This document shows, in pieces, positions 37,901 through 46,083 of a DNA stretch of 64,000 nucleotides. The position numbers and the translations under genes are program-made. The DNA lies in the IMG/VR virus record IMGVR_UViG_3300050821_001428, positions 1 through 64,000 of that record. One strand, 5' to 3'. The DNA is from a virus. The notes beneath the pieces are model-generated. The model was not told the DNA's origin. It searched no databases and saw only the letters and a program-made list of their open reading frames with translations. Each line of letters begins with the position of its first letter. The first letter of the stretch is position 1.

Positions 37901-39547
37901 TCGGCGTCTACTATAAAATGCATAAGGTTTTTGACGAAGTAATTTACGTTGACATCTAAACAAAGGATATTGTCTTAAATCACTAATGCATATCTCGTAA
38001 ATTGGCAGAGGGGACCTAATTACCTTATCTTCTACATATGAAATATTAGGACTAATAGGACGAGAATGTATAGTCGCGTATCCTCCTAGACTACGTACTA
38101 ATTCAACTGTATCTAGCGCTAGTTGATAGGACGTTGTACCTAATTTAATTGCTGAATCTTTTGAGATAGTACCGTCTGTATCTAAAAGTCCCTGGAGTAT
38201 AGATAATCTCTCATCAAATGATCCTCGTAAATATTGTTCCGGTATGAATTTATACTGTCCCGAATGTTTAGATAAACCTAATTGGTGAATAGCATTTCGC
38301 ACCTGATTGAGATGCGTAGGTCCGGTTTTTTTATTAGATTTAACAATTCTGAATTGAATAAGTTCATTAGGATTCTGGATTAGTTCGTGACCATCGGGTA
38401 AAGCCTTACGTACTTCTTCGACAATATCGTTATCTAAATTATAAAAAGCTACACCCGATCTTCCTGAGAAGCTTCCATCTCCTAATAAAGCTCCCAATAA
38501 ATAGGGATCTAGCGGTAACTTCTGAGTATCATACTGTATCACTGGTGCTTGGGGAAGTGCCCACTTATAGTAATCGGGCTTATTACCCCCAGCTTTTTTG
38601 GTTAAATCATTTGCAAATTCTAAAATGGTTTTGGTCTTACCTATATGTGTTTTACGAGGTTGATACAATGTCCATAAATGATCTGGCCCACATGTTGTGG
38701 AGGACCCGTCACTCATAGTTACACGATAGGTGGGTTGTATACCTCGCGGATGTATGTGGGTCACATGTTGTGATTTTCCATCAGAACCTATGATTTCATC
38801 ACCTATTTGTATCTCGCCCATAGTGGTCCAACCATATGGGGTAAGAATTTTGGCATCTAGAGGTTGGGCCATCGTTGCCGATCCACGTAACGTACCGGCA
38901 TTAGCTGCTAGAGCATTACCTCTAAGTCGCGCCTGATCTTTTTTAAAAGTCTGTCCTCTAGCTTTGGCTGATGAAATCTCCCTAATATCGGCCGGTGTCA
39001 TAATACGAATCTCTGTTTCAAGAGAATCAGCGATATATGGTTGGAAAGCTTTATTAGACTCGATACGAGCAACCATGTCGGCGTACTGGAACTTCTTTGC
39101 CTGGGATTCCGAACCAGCAATACATGAGAAATATATTTCCTTCTTGCGGTCAATACCGTAGTATTCACCAGGATTACCAAGCTGGAGCGTTGTCCAGAAT
39201 TTATATGCCATTGAAGTGCCGGTGGTAAACCCCTTAGATGCACGTCGCCCGACCGCCATCTGAATCTCACGGAAATGAGGATATCCATGAGATCGTAGAT
39301 AATCTCTACGTTCGCGGATATTAGGGGAGATAGTTATCTCTGATCCGTTGCGTCCCCCGTTGATCCACTCGGTTAGCACATCCTCTTCCGCGCCTGTCAT
39401 TTCCTCTAAAAAGATTAACTTCAAAAGGACTAGCTGACGAGGATAAAGCGCGATTCCGGCATAATCATCAGACTCAGTGAATTCTTCAATACCAACCCTT
39501 TTGGGCGCTAGTTGATCAATGTTATCTAGTAAACCTAATACACTCAT
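34931..39547 (-). CDS. terL: terminase large subunit with two inteins
   Basis: Walker A GRRASKG, Walker B CVTIDE, SSP coupling motif, nuclease HLDP and KDMADA. Confidence 0.9.
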   Translation of the reverse strand: MSVLGLLDNIDQLAPKRVGIEEFTESDDYAGIALYPRQLVLLKLIFLEEMTGAEEDVLTEWINGGRNGSEITISPNIRERRDYLRSHGYPHFREIQMAVGRRASKGFTTGTSMAYKFWTTLQLGNPGEYYGIDRKKEIYFSCIAGSESQAKKFQYADMVARIESNKAFQPYIADSLETEIRIMTPADIREISSAKARGQTFKKDQARLRGNALAANAGTLRGSATMAQPLDAKILTPYGWTTMGEIQIGDEIIGSDGKSQHVTHIHPRGIQPTYRVTMSDGSSTTCGPDHLWTLYQPRKTHIGKTKTILEFANDLTKKAGGNKPDYYKWALPQAPVIQYDTQKLPLDPYLLGALLGDGSFSGRSGVAFYNLDNDIVEEVRKALPDGHELIQNPNELIQFRIVKSNKKTGPTHLNQVRNAIHQLGLSKHSGQYKFIPEQYLRGSFDERLSILQGLLDTDGTISKDSAIKLGTTSYQLALDTVELVRSLGGYATIHSRPISPNISYVEDKVIRSPLPIYEICISDLRQYPLFRCQRKLLRQKPYAFYSRRRRALVNVEYIGEAVQQCITVSNVNGLYVTDDMIITHNCVTIDEAAHMIAGESKSSAGEVYNAAGPSLDQFGTDGLLFINSSPYSKVGMFHDLYELGLMPFDQTRPVDLMTIELQGDDSDLADQRINGDPRRLVFQGPSWALFEGYRYYKSQYKPRTRGKMLGKMVTVSPDWNPDEVDEQDRPLFSQEDKAAIIQARASEAADPETYKVERRGKFAEISEAWLNPSMVDRMYNGRPIGLVRQPNGDMVLGYEPFSTNYGVGINTGFHRYKFHLDPSSTTAGFGFAIGHIEYLPDPVTGLDNEHCVFDLIKRWNPSKQPNKVIRWAPIIDEIITYAKIFHPFEITMDQHQCLNENTLIPTIGGNKTLKELAGELPVGKTKTINIPVQTMEGIVTATEIYNRGHVPTRILTTKPGYSIEGTTDHRLWVRKNKIKPWHKSNKWEWLEIAEIEKGDYVAVRKNNVTATNYVDIKKYHPTGSGSSKYVGVSYNPETKQHWVANVSKNNHQITIGRFDTEKLAYNAVLDWKRQHSRRKGCLYPTQLNEDIGFILGALTAEGYVNESNICFSNSDKTYLDMYKDAAERTFGGDWSYRYELKHNTTPQGGQIDTMYGSIAASGYISKMFTQLGCFGDSYIKEVPWAIFQSPESVIVNFLKAYFEGDGWAVNSRHNDEIVGCSTRSAALAKGIQQLLLNLGIYSTIWNGAASTYKGTPQQEWRVKMFGLDILEFHKKIGFCSDRKNHKLSAIVDQISRRKDVGKRSKLNREGDLQYFRIDSIVESTANCFDLVVPGPELFVANGIISHNSSSPLQDIQDRLHKENITCQVYVRPTTAELNWKKCEVFKTALYQGLVHAPNDEEIDSYTSKEELKFLQQVQTSGKFPRVDKQDLGPVQTKDMADAVIDVVWALLGNLQIQTMRERLSQASVVGGAPGGYGMGQNNYPNGAPMPMNTDGSYYYSQGNIERSRAERSGGNPARGSIGMRRNGGGNRINSRGRR
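35507..36859 (-). mobile_element. TerL intein 2 (451 aa; LAGLIDADG plus embedded AP2 domain)
   Basis: Q|CLNENT start, ILGALTAEG and FLKAYFEGDG, SHN|S end. Confidence 0.92.
37793..38869 (-). mobile_element. TerL intein 1, class 3 (Ala1, WCT triplet), LAGLIDADG (359 aa)
   Basis: M|AQPLDAKILTP start; DHLW, QCITV and ITHN|C; LLGALLGDG and LQGLLDTDG. Confidence 0.9.
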
Positions 39548-39613
39548 GAAGTCATTAACTACCTGATATTGTTTGTTTTATCGCTTCGTCCCATAAATCC
39601 TGACCGACGAGCA

Positions 39614-40225
39614 TCATGTGTGCGGCGCATTATCACCATCGCTACTTTCCCCGTTAGATTTCTTTTGTCTACGATTAGTTTCATCTTTAATACTGTTGCG
39701 ACGTTTGGTATTGGGGTTGGGTTCATATTTTTCACCCAAGAATGCTTCGCCTCGTTCATTAGCCTTTTTAACCTCATATTCCTTACGCTCATGATCTAGA
39801 CCGTATTTGGCCGACGAGTGGGTATCAAGTGCGCCTATAAGCTCTACTACAGGGGGTTGTCCTTCAAATACCGGAGCCATATCTACAGTAGCGATTAACT
39901 GAAGTTTTTCTGCCAATGTATGATGGAGTTCTGTCTCAAACTGATCAATTAACTTAGCCGCTTCTTCCATTACTTGGGACTCGCTCAGATGGCTGTACGC
40001 GGCGACATTGTTAAATTTATAACGGAACCGCGCCTGCCATTTTTTACTGATAGTTATAATAATTTTCAATGCTTGTTTAATCTCCGTATCTGTTAGATCA
40101 AGAGTTAGATTATCTGAAAATTGCTTTGCGGATCGGATGATACCGGGATCGGTATCGAGCGTAGGTGAAGTTACTGGGTTAGTGGGAAATTCTTGCATAC
40201 TATCAATGATATCATATAAAAACAC
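39614..40225 (-). CDS. hypothetical protein
   Basis: 203-aa ORF upstream of terL. Confidence 0.7.
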   Translation of the reverse strand: MFLYDIIDSMQEFPTNPVTSPTLDTDPGIIRSAKQFSDNLTLDLTDTEIKQALKIIITISKKWQARFRYKFNNVAAYSHLSESQVMEEAAKLIDQFETELHHTLAEKLQLIATVDMAPVFEGQPPVVELIGALDTHSSAKYGLDHERKEYEVKKANERGEAFLGEKYEPNPNTKRRNSIKDETNRRQKKSNGESSDGDNAPHT

Positions 40226-40257
40226 AAAAGGAGAAGAGGTTGTCCTCTTCTCCTTTT
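40226..40257. terminator. bidirectional intrinsic terminator
   Basis: AAAAGGAGAAGAGG-TTGT-CCTCTTCTCCTTTT. Confidence 0.8.
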
Positions 40258-40281
40258 AACTTTGTGTATGACTATATTATA

Positions 40282-41193
40282 TTACGAAGTTAAGGCGATG
40301 TTCTGGATGTTACCAGATGAAACTGAAGTAGCCCCACTTGGGATTAGAACATATGCTACTGGAAGCGAGTTACCACCGAATGGGAGTAGACCAGCACCGA
40401 CACCAGCGGTTGTCTGAACAAAACTACCCGCTACGTTTGTACCACCGGTTAGACCAGAAACGTTAATCGATTGATTAGTAATCGGTCCTTCAAGTAGGCC
40501 AGATGCAGTTAATGTTACAGGGCCAGCAGGAAGGGCACTGCCCGAACCTGTTACAGTGCTTGCGGGCAACGCTAGGTAGGAGCCATTAGCAGTTGCAGCT
40601 AAAATAGCTGACGCAACTGCTGACGCTACGGCATTGTAAGCAATTGTCGCAGTAGTGTAGTTGTATCCGTTATAAGTGAATGACAAGGTGAATGTACCAC
40701 CGGTTGGTGTACCAGTAATTGCTACCGTATCAACCTCATATACCGGAGAACCGTTCGAAGCAGGACCGGGAACTACGACGAACGTACCGTCAGATTTCAC
40801 TCTTACCGAGTAGATGACATCGTTCGTAGATAGAGCCGGAACTGCTAAGGTGTTGGTGGTTGCCGCTACCGCTAGCGATGCCTGATCCGTAAATAGACGG
40901 CTAGATAGAGTAAACGCAGCCGTGTTGATCGTTAGACCAGAGCCAGCAGAGACAATACTGTTCGTGCTTGCAATAAGGTCCGACCACTTACTGGTTACAT
41001 TGCCTACCTCAATATATGAGCCAATAGCACTATGACGCTGAAGATCACGACGTGTAGTAGCGCGGCCTAGGTTAGCGTGTAGAGCATGAAATAGACTCTG
41101 GTTGCCCTGGCTAGTACGACCCAGAGCGTCAGGAGAAGCACCACCGATGGTTACTTCTTGCGAGCGATTTAGAGATACAATTGGGATATACAT
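40282..41193 (-). CDS. virion structural protein (T/G/S/A-rich, decoration/fibre-like)
   Basis: EVDTVAITGTPTGGTFTLSF...TATIAYNA motif typical of actinophage structural proteins. Confidence 0.7.
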   Translation of the reverse strand: MYIPIVSLNRSQEVTIGGASPDALGRTSQGNQSLFHALHANLGRATTRRDLQRHSAIGSYIEVGNVTSKWSDLIASTNSIVSAGSGLTINTAAFTLSSRLFTDQASLAVAATTNTLAVPALSTNDVIYSVRVKSDGTFVVVPGPASNGSPVYEVDTVAITGTPTGGTFTLSFTYNGYNYTTATIAYNAVASAVASAILAATANGSYLALPASTVTGSGSALPAGPVTLTASGLLEGPITNQSINVSGLTGGTNVAGSFVQTTAGVGAGLLPFGGNSLPVAYVLIPSGATSVSSGNIQNIALTS

Positions 41194-41293
41194 ATATGTT
41201 GATTTCCTTAGAGGGCAATATTTTTATCGGCTGATTCCGATAATCTCTACCCTCATCAATTATTCACTAACGGAGAATTGGGAAAATAATGTT

Positions 41294-41833
41294 CTATGCT
41301 GCTGCTGCTGCGAACCAGAATACATTAATCGATGTGCTTGTTGCTAACGTAATATTGCTAGTTGTAGGATTCACCAGGACGATATTGAAACTGATTCCGG
41401 TTGGCGAGGCGCTAACTGGCATAGCATATAGATTGTAAGTGAAAGAACTACCAGCTTGTACCTGGCCTAGCGCACTAACGGTTGTACCCGAGATAAATGG
41501 CTGGGCAAAAGTAACGCCGAAGGTTGTCACCCCGGTTGATAAACTTACTAATCCCGATGTTTGTGCATTGATAGTCGTTGCTACAGAAGTTGTAAATGAA
41601 GCAAGACCATTTAGCACACCTGATTGAGAGGGATTGATCGCGCCTGTAGATGTAGCAATATGTAACCCGGATAATGAGCCTGGGGTAATACTAGCCCCAG
41701 TGAGTCTGACGCCACGACCAGGGGAGTGATCGTGGTAATCCGTCAGATAAAGGTTCTGCGCGTTAGTCGTAGAACTATAAACATCTTTCTGACTCGCAGG
41801 AGCGGTCAGACCCATATTGGTAGTGCGCCTCAT
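41294..41833 (-). CDS. structural/fibre-like protein with an H-type lectin-like C-terminus
   Basis: HDHSPGRG; VTFAQPF...INVFWFA. Confidence 0.6.
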   Translation of the reverse strand: MRRTTNMGLTAPASQKDVYSSTTNAQNLYLTDYHDHSPGRGVRLTGASITPGSLSGLHIATSTGAINPSQSGVLNGLASFTTSVATTINAQTSGLVSLSTGVTTFGVTFAQPFISGTTVSALGQVQAGSSFTYNLYAMPVSASPTGISFNIVLVNPTTSNITLATSTSINVFWFAAAAA

Positions 41834-41886
41834 ACACTTTACGTTGTTGTATTAGGAAAAACTTATGAGTCGCGCCTGAAACTAAG

Positions 41887-41955
41887 TAGCGGTAGCAGGA
41901 ATCGAACCTGCGTCTATTCCGTATGAAGGAATTTGCCAACCATAGGCTTACCGCC
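41887..41955 (-). tRNA. tRNA-Met(CAT), short D-arm (Met vs Ile2 uncertain)
   Basis: ATTCC-TTCATAC-GGAAT anticodon arm; GGTTCGATTCC T-loop. Confidence 0.65.
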
Positions 41956-41960
41956 AAATA

Positions 41961-42031
41961 AGCGTCTAGTCAGGATCGAACTGACATACTTCGGGTGGAA
42001 GCCGAATTCTCTACCATTGAGATATAGACGC
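41961..42031 (-). tRNA. tRNA-Gly(TCC)
   Basis: cloverleaf; TTCGG-CTTCCAC-CCGAA. Confidence 0.9.
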
Positions 42032-42074
42032 GAAGGATAGCGTGCTAGGTCGTTAACACTTCGCCCACATCATA

Positions 42075-42148
42075 AGCTAAGGGAGAGAATCGAACTCTCG
42101 CAACCATACTTACAAGGTATGTCACCCTACCAACAGGGAGTCCTTAGC
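42075..42148 (-). tRNA. tRNA-Thr(TGT)
   Basis: CATAC-CTTGTAA-GTATG. Confidence 0.85.
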
Positions 42149-42157
42149 GAATTTTCC

Positions 42158-42457
42158 TAGCTCCTATTAGCCGCCGTTCTGGTTTATGCTAACATCTGTC
42201 TCGGGTTACCCCGGCCACGGCATTATCCGTAAACGTGGTCTATCTCCACGATGGCTGCCCTCTACCTTGTGACCTTAGTTTCCCTTAGGTCAGCATCTTG
42301 AGGTCATATCATATGCCGACTAGCTAGGTTCAAACGGATTTCCCCTCCCTGATCTAGTCTCATCTTTACCGGCTTGATTAGGGCCGATCCCCTTTCAGGG
42401 ACACGATAAGGCGAACTTCCTCGATGGATTGGTTACCGCCGCGTTAGCTCGGAACTA
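42158..42457 (-). ncRNA. rnpB: RNase P RNA-like gene (about 300 nt)
   Basis: P1 UAGUUCC/GGAGCUA; P2 GCUAAC/GUUAGC; P4 GAGGAAGUUCGCC pairing with CAGAACGGCGGCUAA (bulged U); P5 UUAUC/GAUAA; P18 CGGG-GUAA-CCCG; J18/2 AGACAGAU. Confidence 0.85.
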
Positions 42458-42464
42458 TGAAATT

Positions 42465-42911
42465 TTAATACCATCCGTGGGCGTAATGAAATGCAAGTGC
42501 CCTAGAAGGGCTTTTATACCTTTCGGTCACATAGTTACCGAAGCCAATCAATTGTCCCAAAACGGTTTTGGGACTTCCGCCATATGCATAGTATTGCTTC
42601 CAACTAGCAAATTGGGCCGAACCAGCACAACCGCTTTGCGAATTATAAGCATTTATATTGACATCACTTGGTGTTGAACTCGATTCCATATACAATATCA
42701 CCCACGCATCATATACCTCGGTATCATTCCAATGATGACTTTTAGCCACGATATCCATTGGTGATAAAGTCTTATGAGTCTTATGATATCTGTACTTATG
42801 TACATTAGTCTTGTTGACCCATTTAAATGGATGAGTTACATGTTGATGTTGATGATTATTATGAAACGGTGATAATGTAATCGCCGCGATTGTTAGAATA
42901 GTAGCAAACAT
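42465..42911 (-). CDS. secreted lytic transglycosylase-like (Apf/Rpf-like) protein
   Basis: signal peptide; ILYMESS, SG.AG.AQ and Y..ERY.SP..A..F...HGWY. Confidence 0.75.
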   Translation of the reverse strand: MFATILTIAAITLSPFHNNHQHQHVTHPFKWVNKTNVHKYRYHKTHKTLSPMDIVAKSHHWNDTEVYDAWVILYMESSSTPSDVNINAYNSQSGCAGSAQFASWKQYYAYGGSPKTVLGQLIGFGNYVTERYKSPSRALAFHYAHGWY

Positions 42912-42916
42912 AAGCC

Positions 42917-43014
42917 TTCCATCCGTAGATTTTGTCGTACCTTTACTTACCTAGTCACCGATTGGATTCGGCTCTTTATACCTTAGACTCACGGACATCT
43001 ACGGAAGAGTGGAA
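42917..43014 (-). promoter_or_regulatory. structured 5' leader, possibly a degenerate c-di-AMP (ydaO) riboswitch
   Basis: TTCCA/TGGAA and TCCGTAGAT/ATCTACGGA stems sequester the GGAAGG RBS; loop contains GCCGAATCC...TGACTAGGTAAG. Confidence 0.4.
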
Positions 43015-43042
43015 TATACTCCTTTTATTTTATTTTACACCA

Positions 43043-43116
43043 TACTCCCACCAGGACTTGAACCTGGAACCGTTCGCGTATAAGACGAATGCACTAACCA
43101 ATTGTGCTATAGGAGT
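43043..43116 (-). tRNA. tRNA-Ile(TAT)
   Basis: TTCGT-CTTATAC-GCGAA; A73. Confidence 0.85.
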
Positions 43117-43143
43117 GAGAAACTGGGAGACTGAAATTGTAAG

Positions 43144-43218
43144 AGGGTAGTGTCGGATTCGAACCGACATAGGCTAGGATCACAACCTAGAACATTAGTC
43201 CAATTATGCTAACTACCC
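43144..43218 (-). tRNA. tRNA-His(GTG)
   Basis: CTAGG-TTGTGAT-CCTAG. Confidence 0.85.
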
Positions 43219-43229
43219 ACAAGCTACTA

Positions 43230-43300
43230 AGCACCTAGCCGGAATCGAACCGGCGTCTACTGCCTGGCAAGCAGTTATAATACCATTATACCATAGATGC
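43230..43300 (-). tRNA. tRNA-Gly(GCC)
   Basis: ACTGC-TTGCCAG-GCAGT. Confidence 0.9.
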
Positions 43301-43304
43301 GACA

Positions 43305-43376
43305 CGCCCTCGGAGAGAATCGAACTCTCGCCCCCGCCATCGGAAAGCGGTGCTCTGGCCGCTGAGCTACAAGGGC
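43305..43376 (-). tRNA. tRNA-Arg(CCG)
   Basis: CCGCT-TTCCGAT-GGCGG. Confidence 0.9.
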
Positions 43377-43431
43377 ATACTCGGCGTTTTTATCTATTAT
43401 GAGAACGCCCAAACTCACAGACTATATTTAC

Positions 43432-44028
43432 TTACTGACTACTCTTGATGTCATTGAAGAGCGTCGTAGCATTACCCACCAGCTTTGGACTGTTGGTAGC
43501 ATTGTCCCAAATAGCTGGACCAAAAACTACTCTTACAAAGCCCTCCCAATATTGGGCATACGTCCGACCTGTGCTCGGATCGACACACATGACATAAGTT
43601 CCACTCGATGGTCCAGAGTATACCCCATTTGGGTCCATCTGTGCTAGAACATTACTGCCAGGAACACTGCCATTATTCGGATCACGAACCTGCATTTGTG
43701 GATTACTTAGCTCTGTATCAGATGCAACCGGTGCTCCAATCGATGAACACGAACCCTCTGGGTGAGGATCACCCATGTTCATAAAGAAGGTAGTAGACTG
43801 TACGCCATTAGCCTGGGCTGTCTCAATATCAATCAATTCTTGACGAATTTGAGAATGGGTGAACACGGGAATCGGTTGGTTATTAACTAGATTAAACGAA
43901 TCTTGATTCTGGGCACGCGATTCTCGCTGGGCGGCGGCATTGACATTATTACCTCCACATGCCGTAATTGCCATGGTAAGTACAATTACGATAGGCACAA
44001 CAATCCATCTGGTCTTAAACTTAGACAC
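43432..44028 (-). CDS. lipoprotein
   Basis: signal peptide with lipobox ITAC; DPNGVYSGPSSGTYVMC. Confidence 0.8.
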   Translation of the reverse strand: MSKFKTRWIVVPIVIVLTMAITACGGNNVNAAAQRESRAQNQDSFNLVNNQPIPVFTHSQIRQELIDIETAQANGVQSTTFFMNMGDPHPEGSCSSIGAPVASDTELSNPQMQVRDPNNGSVPGSNVLAQMDPNGVYSGPSSGTYVMCVDPSTGRTYAQYWEGFVRVVFGPAIWDNATNSPKLVGNATTLFNDIKSSQ

Positions 44029-44030
44029 TA

Positions 44031-44444
44031 TTATTTGGCTCCGGAATAACTTGATGATGGACTCACCGCACCATCAATACAGTTGATATAAATAAATTCA
44101 CTTTGTTGGGCGTTCAACGTTCCGCCATGTGCTTGCTGCGCCAACTCGCACAGTTGGCTCAAATCCGCATATTGTTCCGCCTTTAGAGCAATTACTTCAT
44201 TACCTTGTACGTCTGGGGACTGAATTTGTGCTGTAATGGTTTCAATGTTCTGAAACTGACCATCAATCTCTGATGCGAGATTGGACTGATATCCAATGGA
44301 ATTTCGGATCATCAGAGTTGTACGATTCTCGTTTTGATTGTTAAACCACCAACCAAGTTGCCAACCACCAAATACAATTACAGCAATTATTAGGATTGCT
44401 GTAAACGATCCACCGACAATCACCATCTTTTTAATCTTCTTCAC
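44031..44444 (-). CDS. membrane-anchored protein
   Basis: N-terminal TM helix, GGWQLGWW; paired with the lipoprotein gene. Confidence 0.75.
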   Translation of the reverse strand: MKKIKKMVIVGGSFTAILIIAVIVFGGWQLGWWFNNQNENRTTLMIRNSIGYQSNLASEIDGQFQNIETITAQIQSPDVQGNEVIALKAEQYADLSQLCELAQQAHGGTLNAQQSEFIYINCIDGAVSPSSSYSGAK

Positions 44445-44529
44445 TAATCGTTTACCTTTATTTTAGTTGACCTACACTTCTACAGTGTAGCAGACAAATG
44501 TGATGGCTGAAATGACTGAAAAGTCAAAG

Positions 44530-44602
44530 TACCGGGAGCGAGAGTCGAACTCGCGCACATTAGATTAAAAGTCTACTGCTCTGGCCACTGAGCTACCCCG
44601 GC
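44530..44602 (-). tRNA. tRNA-Lys(TTT)
   Basis: TAGA-CTTTTAA-TCTA. Confidence 0.9.
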
Positions 44603-44605
44603 TTA

Positions 44606-44678
44606 AGCCCTTGACAGGAATTGCACCTGCGACACACGGTTTCGTAGACCGACGCTCTCTCTACTGAGCTACAAGGGC
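44606..44678 (-). tRNA. tRNA-Arg(ACG)
   Basis: CGGT-CTACGAA-ACCG. Confidence 0.85.
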
Positions 44679-44731
44679 TGGTTGGAGAGATTAATAGCTC
44701 TCTCCGGGCTATGATTCTTATTCTATCACGG

Positions 44732-45403
44732 TTAGGCTAGAGTTTCAACCCGATCGTAATCGTACTCCGATAGAGAGTATGCACCCTTGGTAGAAAGGAA
44801 CCCTCCTTTTACATGGTCGTGCATAATCTGTGCTTCGTATACCTGTCCTTCTTCTCCCGAAAGGGCTAATTCGTAAATCTTAGGATGCTCTTCCTTTAGT
44901 TCATCTAGCAACTTCTGGGCAAATATACGTTCATGATCCCTTAGATAAGGAACAATGCTCTTCCCGGTACCATCTCCACGGTAATGAAGGTCACGGTGCC
45001 GTCCGACGCACAGAGGAATCGTACAAACAGATCTAGCAGCATAGCTAACGTAGTTATCAAGCTCCTTCATAAGCCATCTAGGGATGAAGTGATGCCTAGT
45101 AATCCGACCTTCACATTCCCATCCATGTATAGCACAGATGCGGCAGGTTGGCTGGATTTGGGACTCGATCTTACGTAATCGGCGGCGTTCAAGAATCTCA
45201 GGAGGAACTACAATAGTATTAGAAGCTAACCTTAGACGAAATAAGACCTGCTTTTGTGTAAGCCCTTCATCCAATAGATCATCTAATTCTGCATCCTCAT
45301 AGTCGGCAAGAAGTTCCAATTGCTCTACTGTAGCCCGACTTTTTTGATCAAACCAAAAGACTTGGTTAGAACGCGGATCATCAAACCAACGAGCGCGAGA
45401 CAT
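44732..45403 (-). CDS. HNH-family endonuclease-like protein
   Basis: CRIC...TRHHFIPR...PLCVGRH..LH; RBS AAGGAG. Confidence 0.7.
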   Translation of the reverse strand: MSRARWFDDPRSNQVFWFDQKSRATVEQLELLADYEDAELDDLLDEGLTQKQVLFRLRLASNTIVVPPEILERRRLRKIESQIQPTCRICAIHGWECEGRITRHHFIPRWLMKELDNYVSYAARSVCTIPLCVGRHRDLHYRGDGTGKSIVPYLRDHERIFAQKLLDELKEEHPKIYELALSGEEGQVYEAQIMHDHVKGGFLSTKGAYSLSEYDYDRVETLA

Positions 45404-45435
45404 GAACTCTCCTTTCCTAAATTCGGGTTGCAAAG

Positions 45436-45508
45436 TACCGATACGGAGAATTGAACTCCGATTTACGCGCTGAGAACGCGCTGTCCTACACCATTAGACG
45501 ATACCGGC
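45436..45508 (-). tRNA. tRNA-Glu(CTC)
   Basis: GCGCG-TTCTCAG-CGCGT. Confidence 0.9.
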
Positions 45509-45856
45509 TTAGGTTGAATTTTTACTACTTTAGGTTCTTCATTAGCTTTCTTAATTTTTACAATCATCATCTACAATTCTATCCAGGGTAGATATATGTA
45601 TCTATAGCCAGATGTACAAGATTACGCCCCTGTTTAGCGCCGAGGGGCAAGGCGGAAGGACATGGCGGTAGCACCCAGCATACACTTATCCTCAGATTAT
45701 CCCCGCCTTTTCCGCACGGCATTAGGGACCATGAATTTCGTTACAGTTACAAGTACTCCCACGGCATACTGCCAGCCGCTCGTCGGATTAAGTTGTAATC
45801 CAATGACCTCTAGGTGGGGTTTCTACATTAATGATTCAATTAACACAAAAAGTTAA

Positions 45857-45930
45857 TACGTTGCCTCGGAGTCGAACCGAGATTTGCCGAATTAAGAGTT
45901 CGGAACTTTATCCATTTAAGTTAGCAACGC
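45857..45930 (-). tRNA. tRNA-Lys(CTT)
   Basis: CCGAA-CTCTTAA-TTCGG. Confidence 0.9.
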
Positions 45931-45994
45931 TTATTCCTAGCTACTAGGGGTTGAAGGCTTATTTTATTACTTCGTTAATAAGTACTTTTAAAAG

Positions 45995-46077
45995 TACCCC
46001 AGGTGGGACTTGAACCCACAATCTCTTACGAGCAACCGATTTTAAGTCGGTTTGTTATACCAATTCACAACTGGGGC
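45995..46077 (-). tRNA. tRNA-Leu(TAA)
   Basis: ACCGA-CTTAAAA-TCGGT; long variable arm. Confidence 0.9.
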
Positions 46078-46083
46078 GAGAAG

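Noticed and set aside
32939-41833. Major capsid protein or prohead protease
   Set aside because: No ORF here shows recognisable HK97-fold or protease motifs; they are probably outside the window
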